Shown here: in pieces, positions 10,972-21,707 of the stretch
Layout: each line of letters starts with the position of its first letter
Position numbering within the stretch: the stretch's first letter is position 1
Source: a phage
Reading direction: 5' to 3' (one strand)
DNA length: 64,000 nucleotides
Sequence record: PX068456.1
Made by a program: the position numbers and the translations under genes
The notes under the pieces: generated by a model
What the model was told of the DNA's origin: nothing
The model's database searches: none
Seen by the model: only the letters and a program-made list of their open reading frames with translations

Positions 10972-11682
10972 TTATTTTTTACCATCTGCACTGTGATCAC
11001 TAAGATGTTCTGTACCAGTTGCTTTCCCTGTTCTTGCATCCAAATCAGCATCTGGACTAGTACCTTTCTTGTTTTTAACACCTGTATTCTTATTTGGTTT
11101 TGTCTTAAGTGCAATAGCATTTGTTTCCCCGTAGGAAACTAATCTTACTTGTTCAAATTCCAAGTCAAATTGCATTGCATATTCTGTTTGATATTCATAT
11201 GATATGCCTTTCAAAATAACATTCTCATACACCTTATGTTCTGTTATTAAAATGATAGGCTGTCTTTCATCAAATATTTTATCTAAGTAAGTAATTGCTT
11301 GACTGATACGAGTACCGTTAACACCAGCACTATATAGCATATCTCGCATTAATCTTACAGGTGTCTCTGTAATCATTCCTGATAAAGAGAAAGTATTATT
11401 CTTAACTTGAACGTGATCCGATACATTAGCACCATTTTCTACAGGATAACTAGTTACATCTGCTTGACGTTTTACGCCGATATTTGGAACAGCATCAAAA
11501 ACTATAGCTTGGTAGTTTTGAATATATTGATCACTTGCACTATTGTAAACACTTGCTAAAATACAAAAACCGTTCTCCCCTTTCACAGTAGAGGCAGAGT
11601 TATTTGTGTTTTTTGTAGAATTTATATCTTGTTCCGCTTTATAAACCGCTTGAACGTGTTGTTCTGGAGTGTTTGCTGCCAT
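10972..11682 (-). CDS. tail protein
   Basis: 236-aa ORF directly downstream of tape measure gene and its terminator. Confidence 0.4.
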   Translation of the reverse strand: MAANTPEQHVQAVYKAEQDINSTKNTNNSASTVKGENGFCILASVYNSASDQYIQNYQAIVFDAVPNIGVKRQADVTSYPVENGANVSDHVQVKNNTFSLSGMITETPVRLMRDMLYSAGVNGTRISQAITYLDKIFDERQPIILITEHKVYENVILKGISYEYQTEYAMQFDLEFEQVRLVSYGETNAIALKTKPNKNTGVKNKKGTSPDADLDARTGKATGTEHLSDHSADGKK

Positions 11683-11767
11683 ATAATTTTACCTCTTAAT
11701 GTGATAAGAAACATTCTCCCTTATCACTCATTTTATCACGAAAAACAACTCTTTGTCAAGACAAATA

Positions 11768-11792
11768 AAAAGCCCCGCCGAAGCGAGGCTTT
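11768..11792 (-). terminator. intrinsic terminator-like hairpin after tape measure gene
   Basis: GC stem (AAAGCCCCGC / GCGAGGCTTT, CGAA loop) followed on minus strand by TTTTTATTTGT. Confidence 0.5.
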
Positions 11793-11797
11793 ATGCA

Positions 11798-13777
11798 TTA
11801 ACCACCAGTAGAAGATTGTCCACTGCTTAACTGAAGAGTTAAACCTTGTGAGAAGTTACTAAAACTGGTATTCATTGTCGCATCTAGATAATTACTAAAA
11901 CCATAACCATCTGGAATAACATTAATCTGGAATGCGTTGTCTGGGATAACAACCGTATTCTCTAGACTTAACGGTACTGGAACACCTTGGCGTGGTGTTA
12001 GCATAGATGCTGTTAAATCAGGTCTATTGTAACCAATACTAGAAGCACTTGGATTTAAGGCACTAGTTAAGAAACTACTATCAAAGTCACCTAAAGGTTG
12101 ATTTTCAGGTTTATGTTGATCTCTTCCAATAGGCCAATAAGCCCAAGGATTACCACCAACCTGTGCATCATACCCATACTGCGTACCATTATAATAATCT
12201 CTTACAGCTTCTTTAGTATTGTTTTTTGGCCCAACCTTATTGGAAAAATCAAGGAAATATTTTGCAATTTTTGCAAGGCTACTTACAATACTACCAGACA
12301 TTTCACCAAGACCACGAGCAGCTTCTTGGAAAGTTTTCATATTTTCTGCAAAATCTGGTGCAGATTTTAAACCATCCATAAAACCTACAAGTAAGTTATT
12401 GGTAAAACCTTCTCCTGCTGCACTAATTTCTGCTCTTAGTTTAACAAAATCTTGTGCTGCTTTGATGTTTTCATCGTTAAGAGTTGCTCCTGAATTTTTT
12501 AACATATCCAAGACTTTCATGTACTCTTTACCGTTATCCAAAAACATACGTTGGTAGTGCATTAAGTCATCACCAAGGTTTTCCATCAAACGACCAATTT
12601 GCGCGGAGTTCATTCCTCTTTTTTGACCTTCATTAACAAGTGCTTGAACAAAGTCTAGAGGTCTGTTCTGGAATTTAGCAACATCTTCTTTCGACCAACC
12701 AAATTGGTTCATGATTTCATTAATACCACTATCTCCACCTTTCCATTTACCTGATTTTTCATCAAATTCAGAGTGGAGTACAGTATTACCTAAACGTTCA
12801 CGAACGTCTTTAATATTGTCAATGGCTTTAATAATGCTGGCAGAGTCTACACCGTTCATTTCACCCCAAGTACGCATTGTTAAAATTGCGTTAGGGTTTA
12901 CCTGTACGTTCTGACCACCTTTACTAACCATATTAATACGTTCTGCCGCCGCTGTAATATTTTCAGCTATTTTGCTTATACCTTGATATAAACCAGCACC
13001 TAAAAGAGCAGCACCAAACATAGCAGGGTTAAGAGCAATAGCAGCATTACCTACACCAGATAGCTTACGTTGTCTATCTCGTTGTCTTGCTTCTTTCTCT
13101 CTTCTTTGCTGACGTTCGAAATCCTTTCTTTCTCTTTCTCGGATACGCTGTCTTCTTTTATCTTCTGCTTCTTGCAGACGGGCAATTCTACGTCTAGCTC
13201 TCTCTTCATCAAGAAGTTGTGCATTCTTCTCTTTATGAGATCTGCGTAGTTCTTCTAACTGTCTAGCCAAAGTATTATTCATTTGTTGGCTAGTGATCAC
13301 ACCTTTACGATAAAGTTCAACAGTTTCTTCTACAATCTTTTTAGATTTTTCTAGAATTCTGCTGTCTGCTTTTGTAAAAGGCATAGCTTTAAAACTAAAA
13401 TCGTCTTGCTTCATATTAGCAAGTGCTGCACGTTTAGCGGCGGCTTCTGCGGCTCTTTCCTCTGGTGTTTTACGTCCTCCAGAAGATCCAGAACCACCTC
13501 TACCACTTCCTCCTTTTCCACCACCGCTTGAACCTCCGGTTGGTGGGATTGGTGGAGGATTACCGCCGCCAAGACCTGACATTTGCTGCCTTATTCTTTT
13601 AGCATACTCTTCCATACTTTTAAATTGACGACGCATTTTAGTCATATTTAAAGATGGTTCAATAGATTCTGTAAAAGTTTTAAGGTTTTTAATTGCGTCT
13701 TTAGTATTTTTTAAACTGTCTTTATCTACAGTAAACGTTACTGTATTCTTAATCTTGGAAGTGTTAATTTCTAACAA
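11798..13777 (-). CDS. tail tape measure protein
   Basis: 659 aa; Gly-rich segment (GGGNPPPIPPTGGSSGGGKGGSGRGGSGSSGG), long Arg/Glu/Lys coiled-coil region; located after chaperone pair. Confidence 0.65.
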   Translation of the reverse strand: MLEINTSKIKNTVTFTVDKDSLKNTKDAIKNLKTFTESIEPSLNMTKMRRQFKSMEEYAKRIRQQMSGLGGGNPPPIPPTGGSSGGGKGGSGRGGSGSSGGRKTPEERAAEAAAKRAALANMKQDDFSFKAMPFTKADSRILEKSKKIVEETVELYRKGVITSQQMNNTLARQLEELRRSHKEKNAQLLDEERARRRIARLQEAEDKRRQRIRERERKDFERQQRREKEARQRDRQRKLSGVGNAAIALNPAMFGAALLGAGLYQGISKIAENITAAAERINMVSKGGQNVQVNPNAILTMRTWGEMNGVDSASIIKAIDNIKDVRERLGNTVLHSEFDEKSGKWKGGDSGINEIMNQFGWSKEDVAKFQNRPLDFVQALVNEGQKRGMNSAQIGRLMENLGDDLMHYQRMFLDNGKEYMKVLDMLKNSGATLNDENIKAAQDFVKLRAEISAAGEGFTNNLLVGFMDGLKSAPDFAENMKTFQEAARGLGEMSGSIVSSLAKIAKYFLDFSNKVGPKNNTKEAVRDYYNGTQYGYDAQVGGNPWAYWPIGRDQHKPENQPLGDFDSSFLTSALNPSASSIGYNRPDLTASMLTPRQGVPVPLSLENTVVIPDNAFQINVIPDGYGFSNYLDATMNTSFSNFSQGLTLQLSSGQSSTGG

Positions 13778-13796
13778 GGGTAATCCTCCGTATTAC

Positions 13797-14024
13797 TTAT
13801 GAATCTGGAATTAATTTTTTCATAGCCGTATCCAGTTCTCTTATTGTTCTCTGTTGACCACGTTTAATATCCGCATCTTTAACGTGAAGATCTTGTACAT
13901 AGTCTTCAAATGTTAAATATTCATAAATTTTAAGTAGATAATCTACACCATAATTATCTAACGAGGACAAGGTTTCGGAGGTATTCTTAATTACCTTACA
14001 AAGAATTACTTCATACCATGTCAA
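13797..14024 (-). CDS. tail assembly chaperone (small, candidate)
   Basis: 75-aa ORF between chaperone-like ORF and tape measure gene. Confidence 0.4.
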   Translation of the reverse strand: MTWYEVILCKVIKNTSETLSSLDNYGVDYLLKIYEYLTFEDYVQDLHVKDADIKRGQQRTIRELDTAMKKLIPDS

Positions 14025-14071
14025 GCTAAGGGTTTGTGAGGCAATTTCAATTGCTGATTTAATTGCCGGAC

Positions 14072-14554
14072 TTAACTCTTCGCTAGAGTCTCTATTCCTT
14101 GAAATTGGGTCAACAGTTTTCCGAAACCTCGTTTGAAAAAAGGGGCATAGTTCACCTCAAGAACTTTTGCAGCTAAGTCAACAACTAATTCTGGGTGAGC
14201 AAAAAACAATTCATCAAAATTATCGGAAACACTGTGTCCTGCTTCTGTGTAAACTTCATCTAAAATTTTACGTAAGAATGCAGCTAAGTTTTTTTCTTCC
14301 AGACCACTGAATAATTGGATCAGTGCCATAGCAATACGAGCTTCTAGATCTTCGTCTGCTGACATAAGAGCAGTATTATACATTGTCATAGGAACAGCCA
14401 GTACACTACCTAGTTCTGGAATCCTTTCAAAAACTTTAGTCGGACTCCACTTGAGAACTCTAAATTTTACACTGCGTCCTTCATCCAGATCAATTTCAAC
14501 CATTACTTCTGGACGAGCAAATTTTGCAATAGTATTATCTTTTTGTTGTTCCAT
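14072..14554 (-). CDS. tail assembly chaperone (candidate)
   Basis: 160-aa acidic ORF between tube and tape measure genes. Confidence 0.4.
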   Translation of the reverse strand: MEQQKDNTIAKFARPEVMVEIDLDEGRSVKFRVLKWSPTKVFERIPELGSVLAVPMTMYNTALMSADEDLEARIAMALIQLFSGLEEKNLAAFLRKILDEVYTEAGHSVSDNFDELFFAHPELVVDLAAKVLEVNYAPFFKRGFGKLLTQFQGIETLAKS

Positions 14555-14574
14555 TATTTCCTCTCTTTAAAAAT

Positions 14575-14596
14575 AAAGGGCATTTCTGCCCTTTTT
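14575..14596. terminator. bidirectional intrinsic terminator after tail tube gene
   Basis: Perfect 8-bp stem AAAGGGCA/TGCCCTTT with TTTC loop, A-run upstream and T-run downstream. Confidence 0.6.
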
Positions 14597-14597
14597 A

Positions 14598-15077
14598 TTA
14601 CTGAATAGTTAGAGCACTAATAGAGTTAAGTGCGTTAACACCAACACCTACAGTAGAACGAAGTAGGCTTGCATCTTTAAGACCAATTACCCATTGGTTT
14701 TCTTGAATAGTTTCACCAATAGTATCGTCCGGTTGGCTTTGAATCCAACCAATTGTGCTGATATAATATCCGCGAGGGTCTTCTAGATATACGCTAAATG
14801 CTACTTGACGAGTAGAATACATCGTTTGTGCATAAGCAGCAAGAACTTCGTTTGCTGGGGAAGTACGTTGCAGTGACATTGTTAGCGTACCTAAACGGTT
14901 ACGACTAAGCGCCAAGGAAACGTCACCATCAGTACCTGAATATGGGTTGATGATATCGTTAGTTTTGTTAATAACAATTTTGGTATCTGCGGCGAAACCC
15001 CAAGGTTCCCAACCACCCAAAGACAGGATTACTTGAGAAGGATCATAGGCCATTACGCCAGTAAGCATTTTATCCAA
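14598..15077 (-). CDS. tail tube protein
   Basis: 159 aa, immediately downstream of sheath-sized gene, followed by strong terminator. Confidence 0.55.
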   Translation of the reverse strand: MDKMLTGVMAYDPSQVILSLGGWEPWGFAADTKIVINKTNDIINPYSGTDGDVSLALSRNRLGTLTMSLQRTSPANEVLAAYAQTMYSTRQVAFSVYLEDPRGYYISTIGWIQSQPDDTIGETIQENQWVIGLKDASLLRSTVGVGVNALNSISALTIQ

Positions 15078-15109
15078 AGTGGATCTCCTTTTATACTACT
15101 TTTCATATA

Positions 15110-15133
15110 AGCGGGGTTTCCCCCGCTGCTTTT
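15110..15133. terminator. GC-rich stem-loop between sheath and tube genes
   Basis: AGCGGGG-TTTC-CCCCGCT hairpin; T-tract only on plus side, so may act as RNA stability/attenuator element. Confidence 0.35.
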
Positions 15134-15135
15134 AA

Positions 15136-16542
15136 TTATGAAGATACAGTAGAGCTATTGGAATTCTGGCTATTTGCAGTGCGGTTCGTCAGAACGTTTA
15201 CCTGCACTTTAACATAGTGGAAGAATCCAGCATATACGTATTCAATAACCATACCATCAACCAAACGTGCATTGATTTGAGCATCAGTCATATCTGCACG
15301 AGATGGGATATAGATAGTAGGTTTAAGGCTTACCAGAAGTCCTGTTTCCTCTGAAGTTACTACCTCATTGGCAATAGAACCATTGTTAATACCTACTTGG
15401 ATTGGGTTTGCAGTAACAGCCTGACGAATCAAAGCAAGACCAGCAGAAGTTGCTCTAACACCACTACCAAGCATAGATTGCTGTTTAAATAGAGCGAACA
15501 GAGATTCTTCTACGCGAGCTTTGAACCACAGAGCGTGTACCACATAGTCAACATAGAAACCACTAACCATGAAACCATCACGGTAGAACAGAACACCGTG
15601 TTCTTTACGGTAAATATTACCATTCTGTTGAACGATAAAGTTTTCTGCTGTCTGACCAAGTTTTTCAATCTCGATACCAACAAGGGTTTTACCATGCAGG
15701 GTAGTAGTACCTGGTGTTGCAGAGCAGATAGAACCAACTACAGCAGCTTCTGGGAACACTGTATCAGCGTTAGTCATCCACAATGCCATACAAGTGTTAT
15801 TGTAGCCCATATCACCTAAGCGTTCTAGAATGTTATCTTCTTGTTTAGTTAGAACACCTGGTTGCGAGGTAGAGAAGAAATACACTTTATCGTGCTCTTC
15901 TACATAACCTGCTAGATCGATAATATCTTGTTCTGCGTGAGAATCAGATAGTAACCAGAACCAACTGTTTTCATAATCTGCAATTTTAGCAATATCTTCT
16001 AAGATATCATTTGCATATTCTACTTTAGTTGTGAATCCTGAACTATCCATAGTAGCGTATTTACCTGCAACTGGGGTTACAGTGATAACACTACCATCGT
16101 TTGACACAGTGAAGAATTCTTTATACACCATGTCTGCGTTGATCATTTCTGTTAAACCAACAACAATCTCTTGAGCAGTTGCAGTATCATCGGCAACAAA
16201 CTTGAAGTCCTTGCTTTTTGAATTTGCTTTAATAGTGATAACGTAAGTTGCACTATCTTCAACTACTGGAGTTAGAGTTGTTTTAGAAACATCACGCTTA
16301 CCGACGATAACTTGTTCTGGTGCGAACAGACCGTCAAATAGTAGTTTTGCCATTTTATAAGCTGGATCGGCAGTGCCAAAACCTGCTTGCAGAAGTGCGT
16401 CTGAAGAAGTGAAATAATCTACAAGATTGCCAGTAACGTTATGCCCTGTAAGAATTAGAGGGATATCAAACTGTGTTTCACTAATTGAAGTAGCACCGTA
16501 GGTAAGGGTTACGGAAACTACCTTATCACGAAAAGTTGCCAT
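15136..16542 (-). CDS. tail sheath protein
   Basis: 468 aa, upstream of tube-sized gene; size and order typical of contractile tails. Confidence 0.6.
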   Translation of the reverse strand: MATFRDKVVSVTLTYGATSISETQFDIPLILTGHNVTGNLVDYFTSSDALLQAGFGTADPAYKMAKLLFDGLFAPEQVIVGKRDVSKTTLTPVVEDSATYVITIKANSKSKDFKFVADDTATAQEIVVGLTEMINADMVYKEFFTVSNDGSVITVTPVAGKYATMDSSGFTTKVEYANDILEDIAKIADYENSWFWLLSDSHAEQDIIDLAGYVEEHDKVYFFSTSQPGVLTKQEDNILERLGDMGYNNTCMALWMTNADTVFPEAAVVGSICSATPGTTTLHGKTLVGIEIEKLGQTAENFIVQQNGNIYRKEHGVLFYRDGFMVSGFYVDYVVHALWFKARVEESLFALFKQQSMLGSGVRATSAGLALIRQAVTANPIQVGINNGSIANEVVTSEETGLLVSLKPTIYIPSRADMTDAQINARLVDGMVIEYVYAGFFHYVKVQVNVLTNRTANSQNSNSSTVSS

Positions 16543-16562
16543 TTATGCTCCTGTTAGAAACT

Positions 16563-17264
16563 TTATTCCAATGAATTATCCGTTGGGATATACTTAATTA
16601 ATGATCCATCATCAGTCGTCGTAAAGTAATAAGTTTTACTTCTGTGAGCAACAATGTAAATCTTATCCAAAGGAAGATCTATTGGAGTAGGATCATCGTA
16701 ATCATCTCTGAACGAATGAATGTTCATATTAATTGCTTCAATTTCGGTAGTTACTAAATCCTCAATAACCATCGTAGTATTGAATGTAAGAAATATTCTC
16801 GCTCTTTGTTCAGTTTTATCTCCATCCAGAACAGTGTTAGCCTGTGCAACATTTGTTGCAGACAAGAAGCTAATACCTTTGGAATAAAGATACTGGTATT
16901 TTAATTCATCTGCACCACGAAGTGCCGCAAGAACATAACTTAAAAGTGTCATTGGTCTTCCTCTAAAAGCCATAAGTTCTATTTCATACTTATTGTCCAT
17001 TAGATATGAAAACGCATCTTCACTAAAAGAATATTTTTGTGACCAACCACCTGAATCATCAGATGATACAATACGTAATGTCAGATATGGGGTTGTTGGT
17101 TTAACAAATGGCTTATCCATAACATAAACCGGAAGCCCCACGAGTCTTTGTAAGAACTTAGCGATATTTATTAATATCGTATTTTCATACAATTCAATTT
17201 GTTCGTAGATATTAGCCAAAATTACCACCCTCCTCAGAATAAGAATAGGTGTTATTCTGGTCAT
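16563..17264 (-). CDS. virion structural protein (neck/tail completion candidate)
   Basis: 233-aa ORF; annotated start overlaps upstream gene by 53 nt, true start may be internal. Confidence 0.4.
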   Translation of the reverse strand: MTRITPILILRRVVILANIYEQIELYENTILINIAKFLQRLVGLPVYVMDKPFVKPTTPYLTLRIVSSDDSGGWSQKYSFSEDAFSYLMDNKYEIELMAFRGRPMTLLSYVLAALRGADELKYQYLYSKGISFLSATNVAQANTVLDGDKTEQRARIFLTFNTTMVIEDLVTTEIEAINMNIHSFRDDYDDPTPIDLPLDKIYIVAHRSKTYYFTTTDDGSLIKYIPTDNSLE

Positions 17265-17628
17265 CTAGAATAGCAACACAATGTGTGTGTATTAAGAAAG
17301 ATGTTCTTGTCCAATCTTTCAAAGAATAAATGGAAAACCATTGTCCATCTATTAGTATTTGGTCAGATAATTGGTCTGATCCTTGCTGAATGCCTCTGAT
17401 TTCTGTTTTTGTCCAGAAGCTATATTGTGCCTTAGATCTGTATCCTTCTGGCAGTGCTTGAAGTGTTCTACCTGATATTGGTTGCAAACTTGCAGCCTCT
17501 ATTGTAAAGTCTTCATATGCTACTGTATTACCCATATTGGAAATTGGCGAATCAGGATCTTGAACATAGGTTCTTTTACGACCCTGATACGTTGTAAGAT
17601 CAAGGAGAGTAAATTGGTCTAATAGCAT
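17212..17628 (-). CDS. virion structural protein
   Basis: 138-aa ORF in head-tail joining region. Confidence 0.4.
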   Translation of the reverse strand: MLLDQFTLLDLTTYQGRKRTYVQDPDSPISNMGNTVAYEDFTIEAASLQPISGRTLQALPEGYRSKAQYSFWTKTEIRGIQQGSDQLSDQILIDGQWFSIYSLKDWTRTSFLIHTHCVAILDDQNNTYSYSEEGGNFG

Positions 17629-17672
17629 TGTATCTCCTTTTTAGTATACATCAAAAACAGACTTATTGCAAG

Positions 17673-18161
17673 TTATTTTTTAGAACGACCCTTCTTGATT
17701 TCTGATTCAATACTGTTAATTAAGTGTCCAGTATCAATAAGAATATGAGAAGAGTAGTTACCTTTATCTCTACGGATTTTAATAGTCACAGGAGATAGTG
17801 GTCTATAACGTTGCAGAGCAATCGCTTTAGCAATAGATTCTCGTGAAACTTTTGCAATAGGTTCAAAGGCAGCTAAACCCCTTCCACGAAGTAAATAATT
17901 TCTAAACACTTCATCAAAATGTTTAGGTATTTCTTTGCTGGCGTGGACTGCACCATCCGTTAAAAACGGACGTGCAGGAGTATTGTTTGTTTCATTACCA
18001 AACTGTTGTATGGCAGCAATTGCAGGGATAGTGAGATCTGATTCTGGATGGCGAACAGCAGTAAGAAAACCAGCATCTATTTCTATATTATCCAGAGCCA
18101 GCATTTTACTAAAATATTCATCTAACGACATATCATCGCCACGTTTGATCTCACATTTCAT
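17673..18161 (-). CDS. head-tail connector/completion protein (candidate)
   Basis: 162-aa ORF, ATGA overlap with upstream gene. Confidence 0.4.
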   Translation of the reverse strand: MKCEIKRGDDMSLDEYFSKMLALDNIEIDAGFLTAVRHPESDLTIPAIAAIQQFGNETNNTPARPFLTDGAVHASKEIPKHFDEVFRNYLLRGRGLAAFEPIAKVSRESIAKAIALQRYRPLSPVTIKIRRDKGNYSSHILIDTGHLINSIESEIKKGRSKK

Positions 18162-18709
18162 TATTTATCCCTTCTGTAGTAACCAATGGGGCCATAGTTT
18201 CTGGCATACTTGATATTTCTCGTATGTCGATCTACACTGCCAACACCACCTAAACCATTTACTGAATTAGGATCACTGTTGACACGATCAATTTCACGAG
18301 CATCAACACCACCAACTAATACTTTACTCGTTACACCTCTACCAGAAGTACAACCAGGTATCATCATATCACCATCAAGATATCCTTTATAGATATTTTC
18401 CCAAGGTGAGATGTATTCTGTCTGTCCAGTACCAAAGGTTACTTCAACCTGTACTTCGCCAACTTTCTCTTTTCTAGAAAGAGCACCACCTGTCTGTGTA
18501 TTATGATTTAGTACGTCTGTATTCCACAAGTATTCAAGTACAGAGATCAGACTGTTCCACAGTACGGCACATTTATTGGCATCATCATTCCCTAGCACAT
18601 CTATCCACGTTTGAATGATCTGTTCAATCATTGCATCAGGAAGTGTTTCTTGTGAAGGATTAAACACCAATATACGGATCATAGGTACAAGGTCACTAGC
18701 TACAAGCAT
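18161..18709 (-). CDS. head completion protein (candidate)
   Basis: 182-aa ORF downstream of capsid gene. Confidence 0.4.
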   Translation of the reverse strand: MLVASDLVPMIRILVFNPSQETLPDAMIEQIIQTWIDVLGNDDANKCAVLWNSLISVLEYLWNTDVLNHNTQTGGALSRKEKVGEVQVEVTFGTGQTEYISPWENIYKGYLDGDMMIPGCTSGRGVTSKVLVGGVDAREIDRVNSDPNSVNGLGGVGSVDRHTRNIKYARNYGPIGYYRRDK

Positions 18710-18721
18710 GTAAACCTCCTA

Positions 18722-19090
18722 TTACTTTTTAGTGCGCTGTGCACGTTTCTTTGCTGGTGTGTCTACTGTTTTAACTTCAATTTTATCTTGCTTTTTTAAT
18801 TCTACAGGTGCATAATCTTCATAGCTAACGAGATAGTAGCCAGGATGTTCTTCACTTCCGAAAGGATGAACCTGAATTCCTGTCTCTTCACGTAGACGAA
18901 CTAAGAAGTGAATGAAGTTACCGCCAAGGGCTACTCTACCATCTGTAGTATAGAATGACATAGGTGGAGCAACACTAAGTGTCTTACCTGCATCTAATGC
19001 AGGAGATAGTGAAGCAAAATCCATAATCATTTCATGGTAGCTAAAATATGTTTTCAGTACAGCGTTACCCATAATCGTGTTTCCTCTCAT
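18722..19090 (-). CDS. hypothetical structural protein
   Basis: 122-aa ORF following capsid terminator. Confidence 0.4.
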   Translation of the reverse strand: MRGNTIMGNAVLKTYFSYHEMIMDFASLSPALDAGKTLSVAPPMSFYTTDGRVALGGNFIHFLVRLREETGIQVHPFGSEEHPGYYLVSYEDYAPVELKKQDKIEVKTVDTPAKKRAQRTKK

Positions 19091-19110
19091 TGTTAGTGGG
19101 ACACATAATA

Positions 19111-19141
19111 AAAAAGCCCACCCGCAAGGGGCAGGCTTTTT
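19111..19141. terminator. bidirectional intrinsic terminator after major capsid gene
   Basis: AAAAA-GCCCACCCGCAAGGGGCAGGC-TTTTT hairpin flanked by A and T runs. Confidence 0.6.
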
Positions 19142-19157
19142 AGAATCCCGTTAAGGA

Positions 19158-20159
19158 TTAAGCAGTAGTCAGTTTAACTACCAGTTCTGGACGGGTATTA
19201 ACCGCCAGCAGGGAGAATTCAGACTGTAGCTGTACAGTGCGGTGTTCAGATACCATAAAGGTATACAGATCACGAGCAACAGTGTTAGCCAGTTCTGGAG
19301 TATCCGCTGGAGCATAGTGCGCCTGGAACATATCTGGAATACCCATTGGCAGAACAAACGCTTCACCAGCAGGAATGTTACCGTGGATATCTTCGATGTA
19401 GGTTACACCATTCCATTCGAATACTTGAACGTCCATATTACCGCTTAGGCGGTCACGCAGAAGGTTCGGAGTACCTTGGAAGTATTGATAAGCCTGGCGA
19501 ACAAACGGAGAGTTAACCAGAGAAGCAAAGAACTCACGAGAGCACAGAGCAACGATACGAGTAGCGGTAGAACCGTCTTGTTTCTGATCGATGATGTATG
19601 CGCGAGCTTCTTTCTCAATGGTAGCAGCCGGAGAAACAGTAGTAGAAGCGAAGTCTACAGATACTGATTTCTGGGTAGCACCCCATTCGGTGTACCAGTT
19701 GTATGCAGAGTTAGCTGCACCACCAACACCATTGTATGCACGACCCATTACTGCTTCTGCAAAGATTTTTTCTTTAGTTTTTGCAACATCACGCAGGATT
19801 TGAGTCATATAGCGGTTAACAACTTCCGCTTCGGTACGCAGGTTATCATTAATGCCACCCATAGCGAAGCTACGGAAGGATTGAATATCCTGTGCCTTAA
19901 TGTTCTTATCCAGAGGGAAGAACGGAATACGGAAGACTTTAACGCTTGGAGCGTCCATAGTCAGGAAGTTACGCTCACCACCACGTTCACGTGCTGGGAT
20001 CAGACCATCTGCATTTTTCTGTCTGCCAATTTCGATAGCAGTGGTAGCATGATACTGAACATCAAACAGGTTCAGACTTGCGATAAGTGTATCAGGAGTT
20101 TCTTGTAGCTCAATCATTGGGCTAAAGTCAACAACCTGATCTAAGATAATAGCTGGCAT
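19158..20159 (-). CDS. major capsid protein
   Basis: 333 aa; position after scaffold gene; strong terminator immediately downstream. Confidence 0.6.
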   Translation of the reverse strand: MPAIILDQVVDFSPMIELQETPDTLIASLNLFDVQYHATTAIEIGRQKNADGLIPARERGGERNFLTMDAPSVKVFRIPFFPLDKNIKAQDIQSFRSFAMGGINDNLRTEAEVVNRYMTQILRDVAKTKEKIFAEAVMGRAYNGVGGAANSAYNWYTEWGATQKSVSVDFASTTVSPAATIEKEARAYIIDQKQDGSTATRIVALCSREFFASLVNSPFVRQAYQYFQGTPNLLRDRLSGNMDVQVFEWNGVTYIEDIHGNIPAGEAFVLPMGIPDMFQAHYAPADTPELANTVARDLYTFMVSEHRTVQLQSEFSLLAVNTRPELVVKLTTA

Positions 20160-20180
20160 GTATAAATCTCCTATTAAAAA

Positions 20181-20573
20181 TTAAGAAGTGAAAACAACTT
20201 TTTCAGTCAGTTTCAGATCGTGAGTTTCCAGTGCTGCAACGCCAGCGTCATCAATCAGATCACCACTCTTGTAGTAAACTGCATAACGGTTGAGAGTCAG
20301 GTCACGTACACCAACAACTGCGGTGAAAGTGTCACCTACTGCAACATCATCGATCCCGAACAGTGCGTCAGTCCACAGCAGAACTTTAACAGCTTCACCA
20401 GCAGAAGCAGCTTCTGTGTTGTCAGCTTTCAGTACAGAACCAATTTTCATGGTTGCAGTTTTAACCAGGTTCACTTCACGAACACAGTGACCTAGGTCAG
20501 AACTAAATACTCCACCCAGAACAAGGTGTCCAAATTCCTGGCGGTAGTTTGATAAAGAAATTCCAGTTGCCAT
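20181..20573 (-). CDS. head decoration/stabilisation protein (candidate)
   Basis: 130-aa ORF between scaffold and capsid genes. Confidence 0.4.
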   Translation of the reverse strand: MATGISLSNYRQEFGHLVLGGVFSSDLGHCVREVNLVKTATMKIGSVLKADNTEAASAGEAVKVLLWTDALFGIDDVAVGDTFTAVVGVRDLTLNRYAVYYKSGDLIDDAGVAALETHDLKLTEKVVFTS

Positions 20574-20591
20574 TAATTAAATCTCCTTAGA

Positions 20592-21707
20592 TTATTTCTG
20601 GGCTTTTTTAAGTTCAGCAGCTTTTTGACGAATCAGTTCAGAAGCAGATTTAGCAACAGGTTCTTTGTTTTCAACATCAACACCTACTTCTTTGCCAAAT
20701 TCTTTCTTAACTGTTTCAACTTCTTCGCGAGCTTTTTCAAATGCAGTAACAACAGTTTCAGCAATTTCTTTGTTATCTACTAGGTATTTAACAAGTGCTT
20801 CAACTTTGTCTTCTTCAACATAGCCATAAGACTTAATTACATTGGTATAGTCTTCTTCGATACGAGCAATTTCTGCTTTACGAAGTTCTTCGGCTTCTGC
20901 CTTAGCTTTGTTGATTTCTTCCTGTGCTTTAGCTTCTGCCTCTGCACGAGCTTCAGCAGCAGCTTTTTCTACCGCTTCTGCAATCTGTGCTTTAATAAGG
21001 TCTTGCACCTCAGCAGATTTCAGGAATTCTTCTTTGTTAATATTTTCCAAAGGGGTATCTCCTTTATTTATATCGGTTGTGTTTGCAGATTCAAGATCTG
21101 CTGGATTATCCTCTGCAATCACAGAGTCTTTATTAGTACGAGCTTCGTGAGCTTTTACTAAATAATCTTTTACGTGATCAAACTTAATTGCGCTCTTAAC
21201 TAGATCACCTAGAGCGTCATCAATCAAGTTATCAAAGAAATCCAGGGAAACTAAAACATCACCGTCTACTACTTCATAGTCCGTTGTTTGTACCACTGGT
21301 TTTGCAACATCACCAACTTCAACAAGAAGTCCGTTAATGGTAAAATCAGTAGAGAACATTCCATAGTCAGAACAGAAAATAACAATGCCATTATCAAAAT
21401 CGGCATCGACTACATAAACCCAATCCCAACCAGATTCGTATTTTTCACGAACGGCATCAGATAATGATCCCATAAGTTGGTTCATATATGATTTACGTAA
21501 TTCAGTAACGTCTTCACCCATTTTTTCTAGAGCTTCTAATTTAGTGAAGCTAATGTCTGGGTTGTCGCCAGATTTAAAAAGTAGAGGGGTATTAAAGCCA
21601 GAAGCAGCACCACCTTGAAATTCGAAGGTGTAAGCAATGTGTGCTCCGCAAGAATCTTCCGTAGCTTTACCCGAAAAGTCTACGTCAGCTAGATATGTAT
21701 GTGCCAC
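20592..21707 (-). CDS. scaffolding protein (N-terminal domain of unknown function)
   Basis: 371 aa; C-terminal half is Ala/Glu/Lys-rich coiled coil (AEARAEAEAKAQEEINKAKAEAEELRKAEIARIEE). Confidence 0.55.
   Translation of the reverse strand: MAHTYLADVDFSGKATEDSCGAHIAYTFEFQGGAASGFNTPLLFKSGDNPDISFTKLEALEKMGEDVTELRKSYMNQLMGSLSDAVREKYESGWDWVYVVDADFDNGIVIFCSDYGMFSTDFTINGLLVEVGDVAKPVVQTTDYEVVDGDVLVSLDFFDNLIDDALGDLVKSAIKFDHVKDYLVKAHEARTNKDSVIAEDNPADLESANTTDINKGDTPLENINKEEFLKSAEVQDLIKAQIAEAVEKAAAEARAEAEAKAQEEINKAKAEAEELRKAEIARIEEDYTNVIKSYGYVEEDKVEALVKYLVDNKEIAETVVTAFEKAREEVETVKKEFGKEVGVDVENKEPVAKSASELIRQKAAELKKAQK

Noticed and set aside
12098-12914. Plus-strand ORFs inside the tape measure gene
   Set aside because: Antisense to the tape measure ORF; low-complexity translations.
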